NCBI GenBank assembly: GCA_951406725.2
Contig: OX597815.1
Location: 64,542,001-64,606,000 of the forward strand
Direction: 5' to 3'
From: Octopus vulgaris
Taxonomy: Eukaryota
Length of the DNA: 64,000 nt
The notes under the pieces: model-generated
The model's input: only the letters and a program-made list of their open reading frames with translations
Database searches by the model: none
Told to the model about the DNA's origin: nothing
In this document: positions 1 through 16,772 of the stretch, one piece after another
Numbering within the stretch: the first letter of the stretch is position 1
Layout of the letters: each line of letters starts with the position of its first letter
Made by a program: the position numbers and the translations under genes

Positions 1-27
1 GACAGACAGACAGACAGACAGACAGAC

Positions 28-118
<91 letters not shown>
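1..118. repeat. (GACA)n/(GATA)n microsatellite
   Basis: Directly visible tandem tetranucleotides. Confidence 0.98.
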
Positions 119-149
119 CTCTCTCGTCATATGAAATACATGAGGTCAA

Positions 150-530
150 AGAATTTTACTTTGTTTCTTTACTCCATATTTTAGCGTTTGTATCTACTGC
201 GGTACACTAGACTTGCTTTGCTTTTGCAAACCAGAGCGCATCCTTCCCACACAAACGTTGGAAGGAGACTGCATTTATTTGAGCTTGCCTTAATTCGGTT
301 AGATGTTTAGAGCTTGCTTTGATATGTTTCCATATTACATTTTCACAGATTTTCCTCTACCTGAAACTGTCAGCAGCACATTCCTTAAATTCTGATATTT
401 TTATCCTAATATGCTCATCCTTGAATCTGAAGTTGACCAAAAATTAGAATTTTCGGTGGTCTTTCATCATTGATCCTTGCAACATAGTTATCCCATCTTT
501 AATTGAGACTGCATCAAGAAAACGTCTATA
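150..530 (-). mobile_element. Degenerate RTE-clade LINE 3' remnant
   Basis: Minus strand reads ARINDERPPKILIFGQL...RFKD...ECAADSFR*R, matching the RTE C-terminal pattern RMxDxRxPKxxLxGEL...RxKD...AxDRxxWR. Frameshifted. Confidence 0.6.
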
Positions 531-859
531 CTTTGTACATCACACACACACATACACACACATAATATGCACACACACACACACACACACATCTATATAC
601 ATATATATATATATATATAAAACAGTTTGATTAAAGTTCGTGTAAACGCACACCAACGAACTGATGTCGCTATCAAATCACACCCTACTTCCTAGACACA
701 GAATAGCCACCAACATCATATCTTAATAGATGGTCATAGGAATACAGACAGAAATAAAGACTAAACTGTAACTAAATAATGTACATAAACCCTACCAAAA
801 TTACAGAGTGCCACACTTGTCCACCCACTCGTGCAAGTGCCCCAAATTCAGTTGAGCTC

Positions 860-1730
860 AATCCACAAACATCGAATAAACAGTTTACAATGGAGAAGCA
901 ACCGCTGTCATACACTTTGAGAAATATCCAAATACCACTAAGAAAATTGTATTTAACGTTCCTCGACGAGAAAACAGGAAAGGTCAACAAGCGTTTGCAC
1001 TGGGGGCCTTCTTTTGTTCGTGAACCCATCCACCACAGCTAGGTTCGGCTTTAAATTCCGAACGTTCTTGCCACAGATAAAATACCTCGAGAGCTTAGAA
1101 GCTGACTTAATGAATACAATAATGATGGTAAGGTTTCAGCATCGTTCTAATTCTTTAAGCAACTACATCGCATGAAGCAATCCTCTAATGTACACATCCT
1201 TGCAGATAAAACAAAGAACATATAGGAAATAATACTTCCACGTACGCAAGACTTCTTACAAATTCAGTCATCAAAACACATAAGAAAACCAACATATCTA
1301 CATATAATGACATAAACACTGATGCGAAAGAGCTCGCCATCCTTCTAAAGATGGAGGATCGCGTGGTCCACCCCGACAAGCCCACTGCCATATTACGCAT
1401 ATGACTCATAAGCCCAACTTTCTATTCTTGAATGGAGTTGATGAGAACTCTCTAAGGGCGCGAAAGGCATTTCTAGCAAGCGTATTCTTAATATTATCAA
1501 CTCCAAGGACTACAGGAATGCACAACAAAAATCAACTGGTTCCGCAACATTGAGAATGAAATAGGCTGCAGGTTCACCCTGTTCGACATTGTAGATTTCT
1601 ATCTTTCAATCTCGAAATCTCTCCTCTTCAAGGCTTTAGGTTTTGGCGAGCAGTTCACCAACATCATCGAGCTCATCATATACGCTAGAAAGTCAATCTT
1701 GATTTATGATGATGGTCCCTACAGGGATAA
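860..1730 (+). mobile_element. Decayed Penelope-like element, N-terminal region and start of RT
   Basis: YTLRNIQIPLRKLYLTFLDEKTGKVNKRLHW, RFGFK...PQIKYLESLEADL, HKPNF, FDIVDFYLSISKSLLFKAL and YARKSIL are PLE RT-type motifs. Many stops and frameshifts. Confidence 0.75.
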
Positions 1731-1934
1731 TGTACGTATGTCATTATTCAGTTTTCTTTCAAGATTTCTTGCTAATAGAGAAAGTGCCAGTTTCTAACCT
1801 AGATCAAATTCATTGGAATTTCAACGCCAACAGGATATTTTTGCATGTATGTATATGTGCAGATTTGTATGTTTTGTTTTATGTATGTCTTCTAGTGCAT
1901 ATACTTGCATATCTAGACATGCTCGCATATAACT

Positions 1935-2066
1935 AAATGATAAACTTCTTGAAGGTTTTACAGATTTTTACTTCCAGTGATGGATTGGATCTATAGTCTT
2001 CGAATCAGCTACCTCCTTTTTGATTTTGAGAAGCCTAATTTCTTAAGATTGGTATTTAGGCATTGT
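1935..2066 (-). mobile_element. R4/Dong-like (RLE) LINE extreme C-terminal fragment
   Basis: QCLNTNLKKLGFSK...ICKTF is homologous to the C-terminus (VNTNLEKLGF) of the copy at ~26.4-27.1 kb. Confidence 0.55.
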
Positions 2067-2116
2067 ATGTATGTATGAATGTAGGTATGTTTTGTATGTG
2101 TATGTTTGTTTGTACG

Positions 2117-2147
<31 letters not shown>

Positions 2148-2379
2148 GAATGTATGTGTGTGTATGTACGTGTTGTGTGCGTTAGTGTGCGCGTGTGTGT
2201 GTGTGTGTATGCATGTATAAATATAATCTTCGTGTCTGTGTATAAGGACATAATTAGTTATAACGAACGACAGACGATGATAGAATAGATAATTTGTGTT
2301 TTTAATAAAGTCATTAACACGATGTAACACAGCTGTTCTCAGACTGACGTATATAACCCCCACTCACAACAAATATTGT

Positions 2380-2880
2380 TGAAAGTCTTGTTGATCTATC
2401 TCTTATATTAAATAGAATTGGTCTCTATAAAAGTTTTCCTCTACCATGATGTTTGGCCATGATAAATTAAAAAAAAAAACTAAACCGTCTTAAATTTATT
2501 AAACGTTGCAGTTTGTCCACCCTTGTTCAGTCCTTCAATCCTCATACCAAGGGTAATCTGTCTCCTTCCTTTTATGATAATCGCTGATTTATAATGTTTC
2601 ATAAGTCTTGTTCACTAATTGGTAGTTCTACACTAGAACAGATTTTCTTTTACTTGGAACTGTATTTAAGGATGGCTGTGGAGTTAAGGAAATATTCTAC
2701 ATCCTCATAATTCATCCGATGATTAAATCATTAATAATTCTAAAATCTGTGATGGTATGTCAGCCTCCTGCTTGAAGAAGATGAATTAGCACCAACTATG
2801 TCAAACTCGTCATCCTACATTTTATTTCAGCCTGGAATATTAGGAAGTGCCCATGAACTTCACTGTCCTTACAGGCTAAC
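2380..2880 (-). mobile_element. Possible very old piggyBac-like transposase remnant
   Basis: Only faint motif echoes (ALPNIPG*..DDEFD; DLIIG*IM similar to LSIDExM; VFFxNL). No open frame. Confidence 0.25.
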
Positions 2881-3163
2881 TCGAGCAAGGAGACACGTGC
2901 CTATGTTCTGAGGTAGGGAAGGTACATTACCAGGAGGAAGATTCCGTGTCCATGTTTGCTAAACCTTATAAATCCATGTTTGCTTTGAAAAAGACCAGAA
3001 ATATTTTCTTGTATAAAATGCAGAGCCATGTGGTTGGGAAACAAATTTCATGCCACACAGCCTCGCATGCACCTAAATATATGAGTGTGTGTGTTTGTGT
3101 GTGTGTGTGTGTGCGTGTCCATATGAATATACATATACATGTATATTTATATTTATACACACG

Positions 3164-3201
<38 letters not shown>

Positions 3202-3208
3202 CATACAT

Positions 3209-3610
3209 ACTCTTTTACATGCTTTAGTCATGTGACTACGGCCATGCTGGAGCGCCGTCTGAAGGGGTTTTAGTCGAAAAATCGAACCCAGGGCTTATTC
3301 TTTGATAGCTTAGTACTCATCCTATTGGTCTCTTGGACCAAACCGCAAAGTTACGGGGACATAGACACACCACCATCGGTTATTAAGCGACAATGGGGTG
3401 GGGACAAACACAGAGACAAACACACACACACACAGACACACACACACACATATGTATATACGACGGGCTTCTTTCAGTTTCCGTCTACCAAATCCACTCA
3501 CAAGGCTTTCGCGGGCCCGAGGCTATAGTAGAAGACACTTGCCCAAAATGCCACGCAGTGAGACTGAACCCGGAACCATGTAGTTTGGAAGCAAGTTTCT
3601 TACCATACAG

Positions 3611-3612
<2 letters not shown>
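3209..3612 (-). mobile_element. tRNA-derived SINE, family 1
   Basis: Reverse complement of the 48689-49168 SINE (head, internal microsatellite, tail CCAGCATGGCC...TGACT...AAAAGAG). Confidence 0.9.
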
Positions 3613-3683
<71 letters not shown>

Positions 3684-3695
3684 TGTATATATATA

Positions 3696-4740
<1,045 letters not shown>

Positions 4741-5283
4741 ATATGTACAAATAGATGAACATTAAATTCCGACATTTGCCGCACTAGACAAGACAACAAT
4801 ATAGCAAAATACACCACCATTGTAAGTTATTCTTAAACATATACTACTCTAGAACAATATAATGGAACAAGTTATAGTTTAAACCAAAATGTTCTCAAAT
4901 GTTTCGTAATGACAAGGTCACATTTAATGGCGGACCAGACGACATTTGTACCAAGACCAATCATAGACAGTCTACTTTATATATACTTTCAAATCGCTAT
5001 ATCTAGATATTCAATTATTGTCTGCTATATGGAAATTATTTTGTATGAATTTATGAGTTTTCTGAGATTTTTTGTTTATTTATTTTTTTTTTGCTGTCTC
5101 ATAAATATCTGTGGAACTTCCATTTATCTGAGACGTCATTGTCACTTTCGGAATGGCAACTTTGTGTCGCTAATTGGAAAATACACAAGCATAGTCGTCA
5201 TTTATGTTTTTTTCTGATTTCTTCTTGTATTATCACGCCAAAATTAATTTTACAATAGGGTTGTGTAATCAAACCTGTATTGA

Positions 5284-5350
<67 letters not shown>

Positions 5351-5474
5351 TATAAGTATACGTGTCCGTGTGTGTTTGTGTGTGCGCGAGAGGGTCTGTG
5401 TTCGTCCCCTACTACCGCTTGACAACCATGATAGGGAACTCAGACTCAAAGACATATGCACATACATATTTATG

Positions 5475-5558
<84 letters not shown>

Positions 5559-5687
5559 TAAAAAGAATTCCAACCTTGTCTGATTTTCACGTTTTATTTA
5601 CAATCTTATAATGATATATTATAAGATAATATATTATAATTGAATAAAATAAAATGAAATAGTAGAATGTTAAATATTCATTCTGAT

Positions 5688-5732
5688 TGAACTAGTACTT
5701 TCATGCATTGAATTCTGCAATCTTCGGGTTCA
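5688..5732 (-). ncRNA. Minimal type-I hammerhead ribozyme in PLE pLTR
   Basis: Minus strand: TGAAC CCGAAGA TTGCA-GAATTCAA-TGCAT GAAA GTAC TA GTTCA. Stems I and II, palindromic GUAC loop, U4C core variant. It lies downstream of the GIY-YIG ORF on the same strand. Confidence 0.75.
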
Positions 5733-5795
5733 TGTAGTAGTGTTGACAGTCATGCTTCACAATTTTTGACTGTAGCAAGATGAGTGATTCTGTGC

Positions 5796-5909
5796 TATAA
5801 ATACAGCTGGGTAGGCTCCAGAGTGCTAGGTTTTGCAAACTGTATTCTGACCAATCAGTGTGTAGTATCACTCAATTACTTAAGCTGATTGGTTGGTTGA
5901 GCTGATTGG
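5796..5909 (-). promoter_or_regulatory. Putative pLTR Pol II promoter (3 CCAAT boxes + TATA-like)
   Basis: ACCAATCAG-type boxes at 5851-5855 (+), 5888-5892 (-) and 5905-5909 (-). TATTTATA (-) at 5796-5803, ~65 nt upstream of the HHR. Confidence 0.45.
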
Positions 5910-6226
5910 TTTAGGCATCACGCTTTGTTGGACAGGTCAAGAGTCCTGTATCTTGACCCTGGCCGAAGCAGCAATTGTTGGGTTATTTTTAGAAATGTTG
6001 TAAATATCCTTTGTCAGAGATTTTTATATTTTTATATTTCAATTGTCATCATCATCATTGTCAGCACCTTAATTATTGTTGCTAGTGGTGATGGTGGTGG
6101 CAATAGAACTTTTAACCCTAAATAAGATAATTTTCCTGCTATCTTCGTCTTGATCACCTTTAGTATTGTTGTTGTTGTTAGTGGTCATGGTCGTAGCAGT
6201 GGAAGTAATACCTCTAAGTATTATTA

Positions 6227-7240
6227 TTATTGCTTATTTAGCTTGGGTTCGAATTTATCAATAAAATTCTTTTCTCTGATTTTCCTCTCGATTTCACTTG
6301 GGCTGTGTAATTTGTAGAATGGAAATATTATATATATTTTCCGACCACATGTTGCTAGGTGGTTACTCAAAGGTATCTGACGGACCTCTGGGTCTCTAAT
6401 CTGTTGCCGGTGTACACGTGAGCGTTCTAATAGTGCGTTTCCCGTCTGACCTACATATATTTCTTCACAATTTGGGCATTTGATGCAGTAAATTAAATTT
6501 CTGCTTTTGCAGTTCATATTCGCGTTTGTGAATATTTTCCCGGTTTTTGTGTTTATATATTGACCGGTATGTATGAATTGGCATGTGCCACATCGGCTAT
6601 CATTGCATTTAGATACCGTGAATGTTTGGTCTTTGTTGCTGAGGTCAAATTTTGCCTTTGTTAGTAATGTTTTCAAGTTTTTAGGCTGTCTTTTACTAAG
6701 CACCATAGCTCGATCCTTGATTATGTCTTTTAATTCATTACTTTGGGCAATGATTGGTAGGTTTGCTTTGGCAATGTTGAAGATATTCTGGTGACATGGG
6801 TTGTGTGTCACTATGAATGGTATGACTTGTTCTTGTTTTCCTCTTCCTTGGGTTGTCCTAAGTTGTTGTATAGGTATTTTTATAGCCCGCTGTATGCCAT
6901 TTTCTATAAGTAGAGATGGGTATTTTTGTTTGAGCAAAAATTCTCTTAGTTCTATTAGGCGTTTGTTCCTGATATTTGCATCTTCTACAATAGTACAAAT
7001 TCTTCTGGCTAGGCAGTATGGGATGTTACGTTTTGTATGTGGTGGATGGCACGACTTAAAATTTAGGTATTGATGTGTGTCTGTGTGTTTATAGTATATA
7101 TCTGTGGTGATGGTGGTGTCTTTTTTAATTACCATTATATCCAGGAATGGTAATTTGGTACTACTCATCTCCTTTGTAAATTTGAGAGATGGGTGTAGGT
7201 TGTTCAGGAGGATATTGAACTCTTCCAGAGTATTTAGAGA
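6227..7240 (-). CDS. PLE RT thumb + Cys linker + GIY-YIG endonuclease (5'-truncated, open frame)
   Basis: LPFLDIMV, IYYKHTDTHQYLNFKSCHP, CNDSRCGTC linker, NLIYCIKCPNCEEIYVGQT...RSRVH...NH, REKNFIDKFEPKLN. Confidence 0.93.
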   Translation of the reverse strand, partial: SLNTLEEFNILLNNLHPSLKFTKEMSSTKLPFLDIMVIKKDTTITTDIYYKHTDTHQYLNFKSCHPPHTKRNIPYCLARRICTIVEDANIRNKRLIELREFLLKQKYPSLLIENGIQRAIKIPIQQLRTTQGRGKQEQVIPFIVTHNPCHQNIFNIAKANLPIIAQSNELKDIIKDRAMVLSKRQPKNLKTLLTKAKFDLSNKDQTFTVSKCNDSRCGTCQFIHTGQYINTKTGKIFTNANMNCKSRNLIYCIKCPNCEEIYVGQTGNALLERSRVHRQQIRDPEVRQIPLSNHLATCGRKIYIIFPFYKLHSPSEIERKIREKNFIDKFEPKLNKQ

Positions 7241-7282
7241 TTATGCCCTACACACCGTCTAAGCAATTTTATTGACATTGTT

Positions 7283-8187
7283 TTGAAACCACTATGTACT
7301 TACATACCAAGTTTCATCAGGGATGACATCGACTTCCTGTCCCATCTTCCCAAAACAACAGAAACAAATTCAGTTTTACTAAGTTTTGATGTGGTAAGCC
7401 TCTACACCAATATTCCACACGATTTAGGAATAAAGGCGATTAAATACTGGTTAGAAAAACATAGAGAAGTGATTCCCAGCAGATTCACAGTGCCATTTAT
7501 ATTAGACACAGTCAAACTTATTCTAGAAAATAACACATTCTTCTTCAATGGAAAGAATTACATCCAAATTAGAGGCACGGCGATGGGAACGAGGTTTGCT
7601 CCCGTTTACGCCAACTCTGTAATGGGATACTTAGAAGAACAACTCTACCAAGAGGTGGAGGTAAACTATGGCACTGGATTTAGAAAGTATATTGAAAAGG
7701 CATGGAAGAGATACCTAGACGACTGTTTTATAATCTGGACAGAATCTCTAAATACTCTGGAAGAGTTCAATATCCTCCTGAACAACCTACACCCATCTCT
7801 CAAATTTACAAAGGAGATGAGTAGTACCAAATTACCATTCCTGGATATAATGGTAATTAAAAAGACACCACCATCACCACAGATATATACTATAAACACA
7901 CAGACACACATCAATACCTAAATTTTAAGTCGTGCCATCCACCACATACAAAACGTAACATCCCATACTGCCTAGCCAGAAGAATTTGTACTATTGTAGA
8001 AGATGCAAATATCAGGAACAAACGCCTAATAGAACTAAGAGAATTTTTGCTCAAACAAAAATACCCATCTCTACTTATAGAAAATGGCATACAGCGGGCT
8101 ATAAAAATACCTATACAACAACTTAGGACAACCCAAGGAAGAGGAAAACAAGAACAAGTCATACCATTCATAGTGACACACAACCCA
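7283..8187 (+). pseudogene. PLE reverse transcriptase core (1-nt frameshift near 7860)
   Basis: SFDVVSLYTNIP, QIRGTAMGTRFAPVYAN, WKRYLDDCFIIW, LPFLDIMV. The A-run is A5 here versus A6 in the minus copy. Confidence 0.93.
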
Positions 8188-8319
8188 GCATGGCCGGCAG
8201 TCTGTTGACTGACACAAATAAAAGAAGATAAAAGAAGATTAATGCTCTATGATATATTATCATATTTACACTACTTATATGTGTGTTATGTGTGTGTGTG
8301 TATGTGTGTGTATACACAT

Positions 8320-8442
<123 letters not shown>

Positions 8443-8515
8443 ATATATATATATATGGCGGTGCCCCAGCATGGCCACAGCTCATAGGCTGGAACTGGAA
8501 TCAATCAATCAATCA

Positions 8516-9536
<1,021 letters not shown>

Positions 9537-10139
9537 TTATTCATACACACGCGCACACACGAAGGCACACACACTCACACATACTGTATATCAGAAAATA
9601 TATGTCTGTTGTCCTCCACCGTGAGCATGGCATTGTCTTCGGCATTACAAGAACTTCTCTTGTGACAGAGTTATTGCCAAGGAGTGTGGATGTATAAGAA
9701 ACCACTAGTAGGAACTGGGGAGGTAATAAGGCCGAGCCAAATGCTGAGGAAATACAGAAAAATATGATTAATATCTCAAATATTTCTCACAATTCTTCAG
9801 ATCAGTTCTTGCGCATTCCCCTCTAAACCACCCACCTTACTATTATTACCTGTCACACAAAATATTATATTCAATGGCTACACACCGCACCACGTTCATC
9901 ACACACACCACCCCGCCTTCAAAATATTCCACGTAGTTCAGAAAACAGGGAGAAAAACAAACAAAAAGAGCTGCATTATAATTACGAGATATTATTATTA
10001 CATCATCTCACCAAAGTCAGCATGGCATTCATTAGGACGGCAAAACATCAAAGAACTACTTGTCGATTGTTTCGAATCAGTGAAGTTGATGATGGAGGAG
10101 GGATTCGGTGGAATGATAAAGCAGTATGCGGGAAGAGGT

Positions 10140-10366
10140 GAATATATGTGTGTGTGTGTGTGTGTGTATACATATATGTCTGTGTGAGTGTGTGTGTGTG
10201 TGTGTGTGTGAATGAATGTATATTTGTATTCATGCATACAGTATGTGTGTAGATATATATATAGTGTAAATGCATAGATATGCGCATATACACATACATA
10301 TGTATATATATATATATAGATATATATATATACACATATGTATATGTATATATAAATCAATGTATG

Positions 10367-10407
<41 letters not shown>

Positions 10408-10483
10408 CACACACATATATATATGTGTGTATATATATATTAGTATATAAATAGACAGATAGATAGACAGACAGACAGACAAG

Positions 10484-10548
<65 letters not shown>

Positions 10549-10762
10549 TAGATATACATATGCATATATACATGCATATATATATGTACGTATGGATGGA
10601 TGTTCCTATGTATATATGGATATATCTGCGTAAATGGATGGATGGGTGTATGTATAGACGTATGTAGGTATGAATGTAAACAAGAATGTAAATATATGCA
10701 TATAAGGATTGAATATGGAAAATATATGGTGGAAGCCAATATGTGCGAGTGTACACTTGTAA

Positions 10763-10801
<39 letters not shown>

Positions 10802-11189
10802 GTGTGTGTGTGTGTGTGTGTGTGTTTGTGTGTGCGTGCGTGCTTGTGTGTGTACTTGTGTTTAGGCGAATGTGTGTGCTTGTTTCTTTGAATGTGAATA
10901 TAGAGAAAAAGAGCGACAGATAAAGAGATGAACAGATAGATACACACATAAAACAAACGGAAATTGCCGAGAGAGAGAGAGATAGAGAGAGAGAGAGTGG
11001 TGGGGTGAAAAGCAAAATAATGAGAGACACAGATTGAGAGAGAGGGGCGAAGATTGTAAAGCAAAAAGATCGGTAAGGTTTTCTCAAATATAACAACCGA
11101 AACAAATTATAGAGGAATAAGAATGTGAAAAGAATTGCTTAAGCATGGCTGTAACTGGATGGTTCAGTAGAGCTTTGATTTATGTATGT

Positions 11190-11240
<51 letters not shown>

Positions 11241-11388
11241 GGTGTGTGTGTATGTGTGTGTCTGTGTGTGTGTGTGTCTGTGTGTGTGTGTATGTGTGCG
11301 CGTGTGTGTGTTGAAGGGCATACATATCTATAAATATGTCTACATATGTATGTAAATACAGGAATATATGCATGAATATACACATATG

Positions 11389-11448
<60 letters not shown>

Positions 11449-12342
11449 TATGTATGTATGTAAGAAATTATGTAGATTGTTAAGTAAAGGGTGTTGGATG
11501 ATAAGAAATATTTAGGATGATAGGGACAGATAAAAGAGGTTGCAAAATTATACATTTATATGCATGTATGAGCGTACATAGTTACACACATACATACATT
11601 ATTATATATGCATATATACAGTTATATGTATATACATATATATATACATATACATACATACAAATATATAATACATATATATATTCAAATATCCATATAT
11701 AAATTACATAATCTATATATAAATACGAATTTATGTACATATATACATAAATCTGTATTTCTGATATTTGTATAAATATGTATTGTACTTATATACTATA
11801 TTTGTATACACAAATGTATATGCATACTTACATAGATATAAGTGTTTAAATATATATACACACATATATACACACATACATATATTTATATATTATGCAT
11901 ATAGATATGTAAGCATGGATGCATATATATATGTATATATATACATATATATACATACATATATATGTATATATATATACATGTATACAATATATATGCA
12001 TATATATATATATATATATAGATAGAAAGATAGATAGAAAGATAGATAGATATATATATATACATATATGTGTATATATATATACATACATATATGTATA
12101 TATATATATATAATTCACATATGCCTGTGCGTTTGTGTATACACACATACATATATATATATGCACATGTGTGTGTACGTGTGAGTGTGTAAGTGTGTGT
12201 GGGGGGTCTATGTGTCAGTGTATGTAAGTAGGTATCTGTGTTTGTGTAGGTATTTGTGTGTGTGTCTGCGTGAGTGCGTGAGTGCGTGAATGCGTGTGCG
12301 CGTGTGCGTGAATGCGTGTGCGCGTGTGCGTGCGTGTGTGTG
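10140..12342. repeat. Compound (GT)n/(TA)n/(GATA)n/(GA)n microsatellite field
   Basis: Directly visible. It accounts for the [12 protein letters not shown] ORFs. Confidence 0.95.
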
Positions 12343-12779
12343 CCACTTAACTTGTCAGGTGTTTAATGGCCGCTGTAATTTCACAGATCTAAAGGACACA
12401 GGGTGTAATTAAACCCAGTTAATCAAGTGTGTCATTAATGAAGCTTAGTTAGAACGATATATAATTATTGGGTATTTAGCAGGAGAGAGAGGAACCTCCA
12501 TGTCCAGTACATATATAGCGTTAGGCTCTGCGCCTAATGGTCAAACTGTCGGTGTGTATGCAGATCTGTGTGTGTTTGTGTGTGCGTGTGCGTTTGTGTG
12601 TATGCATTTGTGTATGTATCTACGTATGTGAGTATTTGTATGCATGCATATGAATGTGTTGACCGAAGAATTAAAACAATGACTGAGATGCGTATGTGCT
12701 TGCCACAATTTAGGCCAAAATAATCAATAGTAGTGTATCTAATACGTATATGCGTGTGTATATGTATATATATATATGA

Positions 12780-12872
<93 letters not shown>

Positions 12873-12969
12873 CTTACATACATATATATATATATCGATA
12901 TATAGACATATATATACGTACGTACATATACATATTTGTGCATACATACATATATGTATATGTATATAT

Positions 12970-13180
12970 ATGCATATATGAGTACAGGACGTCACATTAC
13001 GTAAACAACATGAAATGCGAAGACAAACTTGGGTATGCGAACAACGAGAGAAAGAAACGGAAAACAAGATAAGTAACATAAAGAACGACTCTTCATCAGT
13101 TGTCGGTTGTCCATCTACAATTCATTTCGAGCTTTTAACAATATGAGCATTTAACGACAGACTGAAGGAAGAGAAAGCTT
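12970..13180 (-). mobile_element. Short interspersed element, same family as 4325-4740
   Basis: Reverse complement contains GATGGACAACCGACAACTGATGAAGAGTCGTTCTTTATGTTA, matching ~4576-4620. Confidence 0.7.
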
Positions 13181-13280
13181 TGCATATATGTATGTATATA
13201 TGCATATATATATATATATATATATTATTTATATTATTATATGATTGAACGCCACGCATCCATTTCCAAGTAAGTTTATC

Positions 13281-14399
<1,119 letters not shown>

Positions 14400-14404
14400 G
14401 TATA

Positions 14405-14485
<81 letters not shown>

Positions 14486-14499
14486 TGACCGAGAGAGAG

Positions 14500-15025
14500 A
14501 AAGAAAGTGAAAATGTACTGAGTGTGCTTTAGATGGTTTATTTTTAAAGGCACAACCAATTTCACAGATTTTTCTGATTGAAGTTCGAAAATTCTTTTGC
14601 TTTTATGAAGAGAACGTAGCTCATATTAGTATCTATTTAGGATACAATTTGATAAGCAGAGGTATATCACGTGATTAGATTTTAAAATCTTTCTATGTTC
14701 TCCGCTATGTTTGTGCGTTAGAGGCATATAACAAAAATTTTGATGCCGAAAGTTCAGCCAGCTGATTGAGTGGACGTGTCTAGTGACAGTCCTAAACAAT
14801 CAAGGCTCTCAACGTTTTATCTGTCAAGTAGATTGAGTGGACATGGGTGTATCGGGAAACTTGCAAAATATCTATGCTAATCAGTTGCGGCATAGCCCCA
14901 AGTCTTTCGATCTCATTTAACTTTTGAAAACCAGAAAAATCTGTGAAACCGGTTAATCTCTAAAAATATACCATCTAAAAGACTCTCAGTGCATTTTCAG
15001 CTTCTTTTTTCTCTATCTCCGCCCA
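14500..15025. mobile_element. Old MITE-like element with long imperfect TIRs
   Basis: GAAAATGTACTGAG...TTTAGATGG...TTTCACAGATTTTTCTG (~14510-14580) is mirrored at ~14930-15000. Confidence 0.65.
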
Positions 15026-15056
15026 CATGGAATAAAATAATTTCCTACATACATAA

Positions 15057-15125
<69 letters not shown>

Positions 15126-15249
15126 TACACACACACAGAGGAGAAAGAGAGAAAGAGAGAGAAAGAGAGAAAGAGATAATACTTATATATACATATATAG
15201 ATAGATCGATGCATCCACACACATTTTATTTTCCCAAATATCGTGATCA

Positions 15250-16030
15250 TTTTCTACTGTATAAATAATAAGTTGCGTTCCTTCCCCAAGCCCCAATTGT
15301 TTGCTTCAGGTGGGTCGGTATGCCTGTTGCTCCAGTAACAATAACATGTATGAAATAGATATATCTGGCAGGTCGTGTTTTAACTTGGTGGCTGATTAAA
15401 TTTTTAAGTCTCACCAATATTCTTTTGACCCGTTGATCTCAATTTGGTCAATTTTTTTTATCGGCACTTTCTTTTTTGTTATCCTGTTCCAGACTGCTCT
15501 AACCTTCGCATCATGCCTCATAGGAAGATAATACGCGGAAGACAGTCTTTTGCAGTTGGCAATAATGTGGTTGCTGTTTTCAGTCTTGGTCTTGCAGAGC
15601 CTACATCTGACGTCTGTCAATGTTTTCTGCCTTTCGTGCAGCAGGTATTTGCTCGGGATATGTTGTTCTTGAATTGCTTGGAGAAAGCCTCGAAAGTGAG
15701 ATGTGAGAAATTTGTCGATACACGATGCCAAACTTCTGATATGATCGATTTCTTCCATGATTTGCAACTTTCGTGCCAAGCACCGTCACTATTTTCTCAG
15801 TAAACTGATCCGTATTTTGGTTTGTTCTTTGGATAAACAGAGTTTATCGAAGCTCCTTGGTGAAAGAGCCGTATCACCTCTTATTTCATGTCTCTGTTCA
15901 ATTCATAAGCTATTCTAATAATGTTGTTTTCGTGTAAACTCAACTTCTGCGAGATAGTTACTGGCCTCTTTTCACTGACATTAACATAGATTTAAGATTT
16001 TCCAGGATGGAGATAAGCGCCAATATCCCA
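15250..16030 (-). mobile_element. R4/Dong-like non-LTR retrotransposon remnant (CCHC knuckle + RLE start)
   Basis: AIQEQHIPSKY...CRLCKTKTENSNHIIANC...MRHDA followed by KHDLPDI (similar to HNRPDI). Confidence 0.8.
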
Positions 16031-16215
16031 TGTGACAGACTTGCATGTAAATAAATATATATGTATATGTAATAGAAAAGGTACAAACAGGCAAACAATT
16101 GGTATCGGGTCAGACATTTATATATTTAGTACATTTATATATCTAGTTACTAGTTCTGTTCAAACTACAATCACACATCCTAACTTCCCGCAACCTCTGT
16201 CTTAACATAGTTGTA

Positions 16216-16259
<44 letters not shown>

Positions 16260-16385
16260 CGTGTATGCATGTACGTATGTATGTACGTATGTAAGTATAT
16301 ATGTATACATGTCATGTACATATACATAAACATATGTATATATATTCGACATGATTGACCGCTAAATGCACAAGTTTGTATCCCC

Positions 16386-16441
<56 letters not shown>

Positions 16442-16772
16442 TATATATATATATAACGCAAAGGACAAGATACGAACAGAAAACAAGACCTTTCATCACG
16501 GTCGAGACAATTCCAGCACATTATCAATAGGACTGCCTACTTCAGAGTACCTAGGATTGGTGGCAAATATGGGATGAAAATAAATCCTAATCTGGTACGA
16601 CGAATATCGAAGTTTGCCGACAAAGTGAAACGTGAGCACGTATGGCTAAATCATACAGAACTCAGCACGGTATGATAAAGTATTTTACTCAGTAAATGTC
16701 TTTCGTCTACGGTGAAAATATGACAACATACCGGAAACGAGTATACATAAAGTAACACTAAATATATTATAA

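Larger units (their letters stand above)
5555..8187. mobile_element. Young Penelope-like (Neptune-type) retroelement with inverted 5' part
   Basis: Minus arm 5555-7242 holds RT thumb, GIY-YIG and a pLTR with HHR. Plus arm 7243-8187 holds the RT core. 6797-7242 and 7743-8187 are near-identical inverted copies. Confidence 0.92.

Noticed and set aside
9995-10140. Possible exon (GRQNIKELLVDCFESVKLMMEEGFGG, ending AG|GTGAAT)
   Set aside because: No convincing splice acceptor and no recognisable homology. It may instead be non-coding (contains the TCF-like ACATCAAAG).
13085-13135. CTGATGA and CTCGAAA on the minus strand (possible type II HHR; also ~4560-4600)
   Set aside because: Stems I and III could not be paired convincingly, so it was not counted.
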